DNA from: Azolla caroliniana
Taxonomy: Eukaryota; Plantae; Polypodiophyta
Length of the DNA stretch: 64,000 nucleotides
Reading direction: 5' to 3'
Assembly: GCA_043228905.1 (NCBI GenBank)
Contig: JBHGNT010000013.1
Coordinates: forward strand, 11,594,001 to 11,658,000
Within the stretch, counting starts at the first letter, position 1, and every line of letters starts with the position of its first letter. This document shows, piece after piece, positions 49,501-59,833 of the stretch. The notes beneath the pieces are model-generated. The model was not told the DNA's origin, ran no database searches, and worked only from the letters and a program-made list of their open reading frames with translations. The position numbers and the translations under genes are program-made.

Positions 49501-51108
49501 AGATTGTTGTGAGGCGTTCAACTCAATATATTGCTTTCCTACATGACAGATTCCCCAATTGCAAAGGAACAAGGTTAATTAAAGCTAGGTAGGAAACAAT
49601 GTTATCAAACCAAAAGCCAAAACAAGGATAAAGAGTTCATTTCAGCTTTTATTCAACAATCCGACAATTTGCTGATGAGGTTTAATTTTCTTTGGAATTT
49701 CACTCATCCAATCTAACCAAAACTGTTATGCTCCTTCGTTAGCCAAATAAATTAATATGTATAAGAATTCCTTGAAAACATTGCAAACAATCTTCTTTCG
49801 TTCCTTATTGCCATGGACACAAAGAACTGAGTGCCTGTATTATATATTTAACAAAACATTCAAATCATTGGTTTTACATCGCATTTCGTAACTGACCGTC
49901 TCGGAACAATAATGCATTCCAAATGCATCGCAGGTGAATAGAACTCCAGAACCTTGGTCAAATGTAAATATAGTATCTGGCCAGTGCAAATTTGGTGCAA
50001 TAACAAATTCCAAAACATGTCCTTTTCCCAAATCAACAGTGTCGCCGCCCTGCAAAACCCACCTAAAATAAGCAATACATCTGGGGAATGTGTCTTTGTC
50101 CACACTCATATAGAAATAATGTGTTCATGCACACTCTCCCATATATGGAACAGGGTGGTGAAAACCCAAAGAATCAGATGACATCTCAATACAAGACTTG
50201 CTGCTTCATGCCAATATATCATGGATAAGATTCGTTCATACTTATTTTATATCGTTACCTTCACAATCTGGCTTTTGAAAGGCTTGTGAATAAGATTCTG
50301 TAAGAACTGTATACAGATCTTGGACCCCAATACGATCGCATTTGGTGAGAGTTCAAGGAGGTCTGGTATCAAGCCACTATGATCAGGCTCAGTGTGATTC
50401 GCCACAATATATTGAATAGTGCTTGGATCAATTTGGTCCTTCAATGCTGAAAGGTATAGTCCTCTGAATTTCTCATGTGAAGCATCTACAACAGTAAGCT
50501 TTTCAGCATCAATGATGTACGAATTATATGTGGTGCCATTCTGTAGCCCAAATTCTCTGCACGTGACAACAATCATATCATCAAAATATACAGAAACTTA
50601 TTGGATTTTGCTTATTTTCCTTACCTCATTGTAAGAGATCAATGAGTAAAGCTCAAAATCATCCAAACAGATATGTAGCTAAAAAAATCCTACAATTGAC
50701 AGGTATTTAGGGAAAGCTATGGTTTGTTTTATTTCCCATGAGCAAAAAACACATGAATAAAGTAAAGAATGAAATGAATGATCGGAAGATAAAACCGCTT
50801 ATGACTTACATGTCGAAACGATCTCGGTCCCAATCCAGAGAGCGAATAGTGGTGATGTCGGGGGTAATTTGAGTAGTCTGTGTCTGGAGGCGCTTCCCGA
50901 GGTCCCATTTGACGACCTTAGAGAGCTTTGAAGGTGGAGACGTTGTTGTTGTAGAAGCAGAAGAAGAAGAAGAAGAAGAGGAAGAAATAACAGAGGCCTT
51001 GTGAAGGAACCTGGCAGAGCTCCGGGTGCTGCGCAGTGAAGGAAATGGATGAGCTAAGATCGAAGCGGGGATGAGTTGTGGTTGAGCTATGGTGGACAAT
51101 ATCTCCAT
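46517..51108 (-). CDS. FLVB: Chloroplast flavodiiron protein, Flv3/FLVB type (metallo-beta-lactamase, flavodoxin and flavin-reductase domains), 634 aa
   Basis: Ten GT-AG exons in consistent phase: 51108-50810, 50556-50259, 50049-49897, 49271-48993, 48916-48731, 48640-48510, 48303-48111, 47810-47742, 47626-47539, 46725-46517 (1905 nt). Ser-rich transit peptide; RSLDWDRDRFDIEFGLQNGTTYNSY; canonical diiron ligands HTEPDH, PNLHWPD, CDAFGMH, GHGP; ASWVSQASF.P; ends HYRKVGNYY. Confidence 0.95.
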
Positions 51109-51223
51109 CTCTGTCTCTCTCTGTTCTCTCTGTTCTCTCTGTCTCTGTCTCTGTCTCTCCCACTTTCTCCAAGAAGAGAGACAAGACAGAACACAAGCCT
51201 CTAGGGGGGTATACTCTTTCCCT

Positions 51224-51410
51224 ACACGTGGCACAAATTGCTATTTGCCACGTGTCCTTGCAAGCCCAGGGCTGCTGTTGTTCGGTCCCTCGTGTCTCCG
51301 GAATGTTCATGCAGCCCCTCGTGTCTCCCCGGAAACTTGCGCAAGAGCCAATCTCTAATCTCTCCTTTCTGTGCTCGTGCTCGGCACGAGCTCCCTCGAT
51401 TGCCACGTGT
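51224..51410. promoter_or_regulatory. G-box cluster in the FLVB proximal promoter
   Basis: ACACGTGGCA 51224-51233 and TGCCACGTGT 51246-51255 (perfect inverted pair), TGCCACGTGT 51401-51410, two CTCGTGTCTCC, CCAAT at 51348. Confidence 0.65.
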
Positions 51411-51698
51411 CGCACCCTCTTAAAGCATCCCCACTCTTCGTGCTTCTGCCAATGAAACCTCGCTTCTTACCTTTTGTTCGATTGCAATGCCAAGCTTTGA
51501 CAGTAAATAGGTCCTAGGAAACTCGCTTCCGAACTTGCATCAGCTTCTACAATGGACCTTGGGCCTTCTAACTACCCTTTCTCGTTAACAATAGAGTCAT
51601 TATTAAGATGCACCTCCTGTTAAAACGAAGATGTTTTTCTATGTCACTAATTGTTGTTTTCCTCTACAATATTGTGGTGTGCATGTGTTCCTTTGTGC

Positions 51699-51806
51699 CA
51701 CCCTTTTAGCTCACCCTTTTTAGGATGCACGTACCCAAGTTGACCCACCCTTTTTAGGATGCGTGTGCCCAAAATGACCCACCCTTTTAGCACACCCTTT
51801 TTAGCC
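51699..51806. repeat. Cluster of short CACCCTTTT(T)AG repeats
   Basis: Five copies, two of them within a 39-bp duplicated unit. Confidence 0.7.
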
Positions 51807-52094
51807 AAGCCAACCCAAATGGGTTCCGTTGTATCAACTATAAATTGATTAAGAAGTAAGAAGCTAAGTAGATTGGTTTTGATCTCTTATGTGCATTTCA
51901 CAATATGCACCTCAATGGTCGACTAGGGTGGGTGAAAAATAAACAAGACACCTTGTTCACACGTTTTATGGGCTAATAATGCATAGTGTTAAGCACCAAC
52001 AAGACATTACTCTACCACTTCCTACTTATTGGCACCGAAAGGCTGATGTAAATGTGTAGGCTATAATTGTCGAAACAAGTGTAGAATTGCCTTA

Positions 52095-53725
52095 TGTTAA
52101 GGGAAATAATGTGATATATCCTTTGATTATAATATCCTTATGAGGTATAATGTTACCAATCGGGAGTATATGTATCTAAGGAACTTGGTCATATTGCAAT
52201 TTGTGGGAACACACCGTCTTGTAATATTAACTGATGTGTCATAAGTAGTTACACCTCTATGACACATAGTTATGGGCTAGTTAAAGCATCCCAAGATTCT
52301 AGTGAGAGAGTGAGTGTTAGGTGAGAGAATCTAGAGAGAGAGGGAGAGCTCATAAGCATCTTCCTCTCTCTTGTTGTAACCATTGGTTGTCTTCATTGTC
52401 TTGTGAATATATAGTCTTTGGTTTCTATTTTATCTTGTTCTTACTCTCGTCACACACACACACACACACACATTTCTAATCCACTGCATAGAATCACATC
52501 ACTAGTTCTTTACATCGTATCAGAGCGATTGGTAGACTAATCCAGCCTATGCACCTGTGTTGTGTTACATGCCGATGATCAAGAAGTACCAATTCATTCA
52601 ACAAAGAAGAAGAAGTAGAAAAACCATTACAACCAGTTGATCATCAAGAACACTTAGATGGGTGGCTCTCTTCCTAGTGAAAAGTTGGACAAAAACAACT
52701 TTGCATCTTGGGAATACAAGATGCACCAATACCTTGTCGGCCAAGGTTATTGGTGTTACATCGAGGGAGCACAAGAAGTGAAACCCAATCCAACACATGC
52801 CGACTACCTAGCATGGGAACAAGCAACAAGTCAAGTGTTGTACTGCCTATCATCATGCTTCCAAGACCATATGCATGATTATATTCAAGAAACTAAAATG
52901 CCAAAGAAGGTGTGGAAGCATCTCAGAAAGATCTTGGCGTGAAATATGACCGCACGTAGACTTCAACTCCGTCAAGAGTTGAATAACATTCAACAGAGAG
53001 ACATGTTGATCACAAGCTACACCTTGAAGGTCAAGGAGTTGTGCAACTCAATTGGCCCAATCAACGTCAACATTGACGACGATGAAATGGTGCAGATATG
53101 CCTTGGTGGCTTAACACCATGATTTGGCACAATGAGATTGACCATCCTCGCAAGAGAAAATCATCCCTCCTTCTTTAATCTCCAGCCGATGCTACCGGTC
53201 GAAGAGAATCACATCCGATCAAGGAGCATGGCCTCTGAAGCACACATGCTCTACTTGCTCTCGGACAGAAGCAAAGGATGTGACCGTGCAAGAAGAGGCC
53301 AATTTGGCCAAGGACATAGCGGACGAGGACTGTCCCATGAAAAAAACTCCCATCACTGGTAAGAATCTAGAGACACAAAGGGGAACGTTCGGCAAAAGGG
53401 GGGAGCTTTCATGCCGGACTAAGCCGACAAAATGACCCCATCGAATGCGGGTATTGTGGCAAAATAGGCCACCATTAGGTAGAGTGTCGGAAGAAGAAAC
53501 GTGAGTCGACCTCCACAAGCCGACAACTAACCAATTATGCCACTAACTCCGACTATGACAATCATGGCGGAATGTTCGTGATGAGACATATAGAAAATTC
53601 TATGTCGGCCTCTAGTCTGACCAAGACATCCAATGCAGAAGACATCAAACCATATGAGGCCTCATCAAAAATGTTTTTGAGACTTGAGAGAGCCGGATTG
53701 ACATGACTTTGTTGATATTGGAGAT
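52095..53725 (+). mobile_element. Element E: old Ty1/Copia (5' LTR about 52095-52514, degenerate gag to PR), interrupted by F and then G
   Basis: PBS TCGTATCAGAGC 52515-52526; gag KLDKNNFASWEYKMHQYL from 52658 with stops. The protease-region frame VDIGD|DTTHPI resumes at 63228-63246 after F. Confidence 0.85.
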
Positions 53726-54014
53726 TGTTGAGAATCAAGCTCAACTTGGTCTAGTGTGTGAACTCACCTTGAGAGTGAAGAGACACTCCAACGGTCAAGA
53801 GTCACCATTATGTCACCACTTTGTATTCTAGCATTTAGTATGAGTCATAGAATCATATTCTATGACACATAACTTATGAGCTTTCACATTCCCCATGCTC
53901 CATGAGCCTAGTAGTTAATGAAGAGAGAGGGTGACTACATAAAGCACTCTCCTCCCACCTTGTAAATTGTTGAGTCTTTCTCCTTTGCTAATATACTTTT
54001 AACCTTGCGTATAC

Positions 54015-54067
<53 letters not shown>

Positions 54068-54274
54068 GTTCACACCTATTCCACTTCACAAGAATCTATC
54101 TCTTGATTCTTTACATGGTATCAGAGCGATTTGGTAGCTCGATCTAGCCCATTCGCCTCATCGTCATCGTGTGTTGTGCTCTACGCCGACGACCAAGAAC
54201 CGGCTCATAGCTATCGTAGCGTCGCTACATAGCTCGCATTCGAAGAGAGAAGAAGAAGAAGAAGAATCGACATA

Positions 54275-57200
54275 ATGAATACTCAAATGGGGAGCGCTCT
54301 CCCAACCAAGAAGTTGGATCGAAACAACTTTGCATCTTGGGAGTACAAGATGCACCAATACCTTGTCGGACAAGGCTATTGGAGCTACATCAAAGGAGCG
54401 CATGAAGACCGACCCGCCGAAGCGGCTCCCGGATACGCGACATGGGAGCAAGCCGCAAGCCGCGTGATGTATTGTTTGGCGACATGTGTTCACGACCACA
54501 TGCTCGGTTACATTCGAGAAGCCAAGACACCGAAGGAAGCGTGGGAAAATCTACGAAAGATTTTCGCCGCCAACACGACCGCGAGGAAGCTTCAACTCCG
54601 CCAAGAGTTGAACAACATTCAACAAAGGGATATGTCCATCACGACATACACCTTGAAGATCAAGGAGCTTTGTGACTCGCTCGGCTCAATAAGCGTAAGT
54701 ATAGATGATGATGAGATGGTGCAAATATGCCTCAGCGGCCTCGCACCACGGTTCAGCGCAATGCGAACCGCCATTCTAGCACAGGAGAAATCTCCCTCCT
54801 TCTTCGAGCTCCAATCAATGCTATTGGTCGAAGAAAACCACGTGCGTACAAGGAGCAATGAGTCAGAAGGCCACATGCTCTACACGCACTCTAATGAAGG
54901 AAGAGGACGCGGACGAGCGAGAGGCCGATTCGGCCAAAGACACGGCGGACGAGGTTCGACCTACGACAACAACTCCCAATTTCGGCCGCAAAACGGAGGC
55001 CAACGAGGAACCTTCGCAAGAAGGGGGAGCTTCCACTCTGGCCCGAGCCGTCAAATTGCAACCGAATGCGGATATTGCGGAAAGCTCGGCCACCACGAAG
55101 AAGAGTGCTGAAAGAAGATGCATGAATCGGCTTCCACAAGCCGACAACTCACGAATTACGCACACAATTCCGACTACGAAGAGTATAGCGGAATGTACGG
55201 GAACAACTCCGACTATGAAGATCGTGGCGGAATGTATGCACGCAACTCCGACCGTAGCGGAATGTTCATGATGAAACATAGAGCAAACTCTATGTCGGCC
55301 TCTACCTCAACTAGTGCCCTCAATCCGGAGGACGTATGGTTTGTAGACTCCGGAGCCTCAAACCATATGACATCCCACAAAGAATGGTTTCTCGAACTTC
55401 GAGAGCCGGAGCGACCCGGTTATGTCGAAACCGGAGATGACATTACGCACCCGATTCGGCACATCGGCAATGTTCCATTCGGCGAAAGAGGTAAGCAAAC
55501 ATACATTAAAAATGTCTTGCATGTACCCACCATCACAAAGAATTTGGTCTCGGTCGGCCAAATGGTTGAGCAAGGGATGCAAGTACGATTCGACCAAGAA
55601 GGGTGCTTCATCGAAAAAGAAGGCCGAATCATCGCACGCGGAAGAAGAGAGGGCCGGATGTTCATTCTCGATTCGCACGAGATGAAATCCGCCATGATCG
55701 TGAAAAGCACGAAAGCCGACTCCGACATAGAGCTATGGCATAAGCGAATTGGCCACATCAATCTCAACAAACTCAAAGCAATGAAATCGAAAGGAGTCGT
55801 CATCGGACTACCGATATTCAAAGAGAAGGAGATTGAAGGTGTATGCGAAGCGTGCCAATTCGGCAAGCAACACCGACACCCATTTCCGAAGGAGCGGAAC
55901 GTGAGCAAAGGTGTACTCGACGTAATTCATTCCGATGTATGGGGTCCGGCTCAAACGGCGACATTCGGCGGATGCCGATATTACGTGCTCTTCATCGACG
56001 ACTTTTCTAGGCACACGTGGATCTACCCGATGCGGCAAAAGAGCGAAGTGTTCGGACACTTCCAAAATTTCAAGAATGAAGTCGAGAAAGCCACGGGCCG
56101 ACATGTACAATGCCTTCGATCGGATGGCGGCAAGGAGTACTTCTCAGACAATTTCACGGCGTATCTCCGAAAGGAAGGAATTCGGCGAGAATTCACTTGC
56201 CGACACACTCCACCACAAAACGGAGTAGCCGAGCGCAAAAATCGGCACATCCTCGAAGTAGCGTGGGCCATGATGAACGAGAAGCATATGCCCAAGTCAT
56301 ATTGGGCTGAAGCGGCAAATACGGCCGTCTACCTAATGAACCGGTGCACAACATCCGGCGTGCACGAGGTCACTCCGCACGAAAGATTCTTCGGAAAGAA
56401 GCCGAACCTATCACATGTTCGGATATTCGGCTCCATTGCGTACGTACACATCCCCGACGAGAAGCATCAAAAGCTTGACCCGAAGTCGGAGAAATGTATC
56501 CTCGTAGGATACTCACTGGAGCAAAAGGGGTACAAGTGCTACAACCCCTCAACTCGAAAATCTCGGGTAAGTCGAGACGTTGTCTTTGACGAGTCCACAT
56601 CCTGGTACGCACCAGAGACAACTGACAGGAACTGCACGCTCCCTATACACAACGATCGGCCACAACCGAGCTTAGAATCATACACAGAAAACGGGAAATG
56701 AAACGCACGACACAAAGAAGAGAAGAGTACACAGGATGTTTACATGGAAAACCCAAACTAGGGAAAAACCACGGCAGCCCACAGGCTGCAAACTATCACT
56801 ATGCTAGAATGTACAACAGTGAGTTCACGGAGGCAACGACCTCGTGCTCACAATCTTCGCCACAGGTGGCGGTTACAACAGAGGCAGTGACCTCTTCCTC
56901 TCTCTCTTTCTCTCTGTACACTGTTACGCGCTATAATCTTGTGCAAAAGCAAAAAACAACAACAACACCTAAAAGTTTTCCCTAAGTCATATTTATACTA
57001 ATATGACTTTTCGGCTATTTACAAATATAGCCTCTATGGACTCTTAGAAACATATTTACGAATATGTCTCTTCATCCGGTGAGCACTCCTCACCGGGTCT
57101 TCACCATCCGGCTCTCCGTAGCCGAGTATTCCTCATCCGGTTCTCACCGGGTCTGCACCATCCGGCTCTCCGTAGCCGGGTACTCCTCATCCGATTCTCA

Positions 57201-59055
57201 CCAGGTCTGCACCATCCGGCTCTCCGTAGCCGGGTACTCCTCATCCGGTTTCGGCAGAGGCCTATCGGCCTCGGCCGAGTTTGTTCATCATCACTGTTCT
57301 CCTCCCTTCCCATCCGGAGGGACCTGTCTCCCAACAACAACTTCGCCTCCGACTCCGCTCGACCCGGAATCCACCGAACAAGAGATGGAGGAGGAAGATC
57401 ATCTTATGCGCATGTTCGAAGAAAGTCCGATCACGACCCGACTGAGCGGACCACAAGAGCCTTTGAGCGATCAAAGCACATCACGGCCTAGCCCGAAGAT
57501 AGACAAAGGCAAGGCGAAAATGTCAGAATACGAAGATCATCGCTTCGACGACGATGAATCGACTCACTCACTCAAGAGTGAGTTCGGCGGTTTCGAGGCA
57601 CCAATCGGAACTAAGAAAGCCCTCATCTCTGCAAATGAAAAACTCTGCCAATCCACTCGTGAAAAGAACCCCGTAAGCCGATTCGGCTACAACGATTATA
57701 TGGTGTACCATTACGCCTTTATGATGAAGGTAGCGACAGTACGGGAGCCGGAAACCTTTTTGGAAGCCACGAAGGACCCGCGATGGATCGAAGCAATGAA
57801 TGAAGAGATGCAGGCACTACGGAAGAACAAGACGTGGGATCTCATTCCCACCTCACCACACAAAAAGGCGATCGGATGTAGATGGATCTACAAGGTGAAG
57901 TATAACGATGATGGCTCCGTAAACCGCTACAATGCTCGACTCGGAGCGAAAGGATACGCTCAGACGCATGGCGTCGACTACGAAGAGACCTTTGCTCCGG
58001 TGGCAAAGATGACAACGGTGCAGACCGTAATTGTGCTTGCCGCGGCGAAAGGGCACCTCGTCATTTTATATGTGGATGACCTAGTCATTGGAGGTGAGCA
58101 TCTCGTCGAAATCACTAAGGTCAAATCCCTCCTTTCCGACAAGTTCGAGATGACGGACATGAAAGAGCTCCACTACCTCCTCGGCATCGAGGTAATTCGG
58201 ACTCCGGCCGGAATCATGATCTCTCAACGGCACTACATCCTCAACTTGTTATACAAGTTCGGGATGGCTGAGTGCAAATCCATGTCAACCCCGCTCGATC
58301 GTAATCTCAAACTAGATGCGAACTCCGGCACCAAAGCGTGTGAGCCGACTCAGTATCGGCAACTCATCGGGAGTCTCATCTACCTCACGATCACACGACC
58401 CGATCTGAGTTATCCGGTCGGTCTCCTTAGCCAATTCATGCAAACACCGCGTGATACTCACTTGGATTGCGCTAAGCGAGTTCTACGATACGTGAGCGGC
58501 ACAATGGATTGCGGCATCCTCTACAAGACTGCAATGCCAATACGACTCAAGGGGTACACAGACGCTGATTGGGCCGGCTACAAAGCCAATAGAAGATCAA
58601 CCTTCGAATTTGTTTTCTCCCTCGGCAACGGAGCAATATCCTGGAGTAGCAAGAAGTAGCCTATCGTCGCTCTTTCGAGTACGGAGGCGGAATACAGGGG
58701 CGCAGCCGTAGCTGTGTGTGAAGCCGTATGACTCAAGAGGATTTTGAAGGATTTGGGCGTACCCATCAAGGATCCGACTTCCCTTTACTGCGACAACATG
58801 AGCAGCATCTATCGGGCTCGGAACCCGGTGTTCCACGCACGGACAAAGCACATCGAAGTGCACTATCACTTCATTCGAGAGCGCGTTCTAGCTGGCGATG
58901 TCGACCTACAACACATTAACACCAATCTTCAAACGGCCGACATCTTCATTAAAGCCTTAGGTGCTGACAAGCTATGGCAATTCATGACCGATCTCGGATT
59001 GACGATCCCTGACCTGCCAAGCTTGAGGGGGAGTACTGAAGACACTACGCAATAA
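54275..59055 (+). pseudogene. Disrupted gag-pol polyprotein of Copia F
   Basis: ORFs 54275-55111 and 55118-56622, resuming at 57337-58659 and 58744-59055; stops and an internal RT deletion (AAAKG|HLVILYVDDL). Confidence 0.9.
56623..57336 (-). mobile_element. Solo LTR (714 bp, Copia-like) inserted between INT and RT of F
   Basis: TG...CA ends; perfect TSD ACAAC (56618-56622/57337-57341); TATAAATA on the minus strand near 56990; three 54-bp repeats at 57089-57250. Confidence 0.88.
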
Positions 59056-59681
59056 CGCGTGGATTCCGCAACCACGCAACAAAGTCGCGAAGAAAGACGC
59101 AAGCCGAAGCACAGACTTCGCAACTACGCACGCAAGCTGAAGCACTGACTTCGTAACTACGCACAACGCAAGCTGGAGCACGGATTCCGCAACTCCGCAT
59201 ACATGCGAGTCAACACGAGTTGACGTTGTCGCGAAGATTCGCGCGTGCGTGTGCTACTCGAGCGACCACCGGGGTCTTGGACTGGGGAGGACGTTCGCGG
59301 AATTATCGACGCTAGATGACGATCAATGTAAGATTAAATGAAAATGGTTTACTTGAGAAGAAGAAAAATTGTACACTTGAGAAGTAGAAAAATATGAAGA
59401 AGATAAAGACAAATTTTATATTGATGATAATGGTGTTGGTGATATCACATATTGAGCCCCCCTTACACAAGCCCAACTAGAGGCTTTTATAGGTCTTTCC
59501 ATGCTTGTGACATGCACAAAACCATTGGCTAAAACCATGGTTTTGTGCACACGGTTTTGCTTATGTCATGCACAAACCATGGGTTTAAAACCATGGTTTT
59601 GTGCACATGGTTTTCTATGGTTGTTTCGTCTATAATTTGTATATGAAAAGGAAATACATAAAATTTACACTATATGATAGT

Positions 59682-59748
59682 TGTCCTAGTGGTAAGGCAA
59701 TTATCTTGTATCTTAGAGGTGCAAGGTTCAAACCTTGCTTGCACCCCT
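59682..59748 (+). promoter_or_regulatory. tRNA-like Pol III A-box/B-box module in the 3' LTR of element B
   Basis: TGTCCTAGTGG 59682-59692 and GGTTCAAACC 59725-59734 within a GCAAGG/CCTTGC stem; same 43-nt A-to-B offset as in element A. Confidence 0.6.
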
Positions 59749-59833
59749 CTGAATGAACTCAAGTGCCACTAGGCCTTAGGAGGCTTATTTACTAAGTTTA
59801 TGTGCAATGTTGCACATCCTTGGTTTATTCGTC

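Noticed and set aside
50806-51234. FLVB start upstream at 51234
   Set aside because: That start is not ATG, overlaps the G-boxes and reads through a GA-repeat leader; ATG 51108 gives a typical transit peptide.
57089-57250. CRISPR-like or regularly spaced array (also 41173-41425, 63665-63778)
   Set aside because: Head-to-tail tandem repeats without unique spacers, in eukaryotic TE context.
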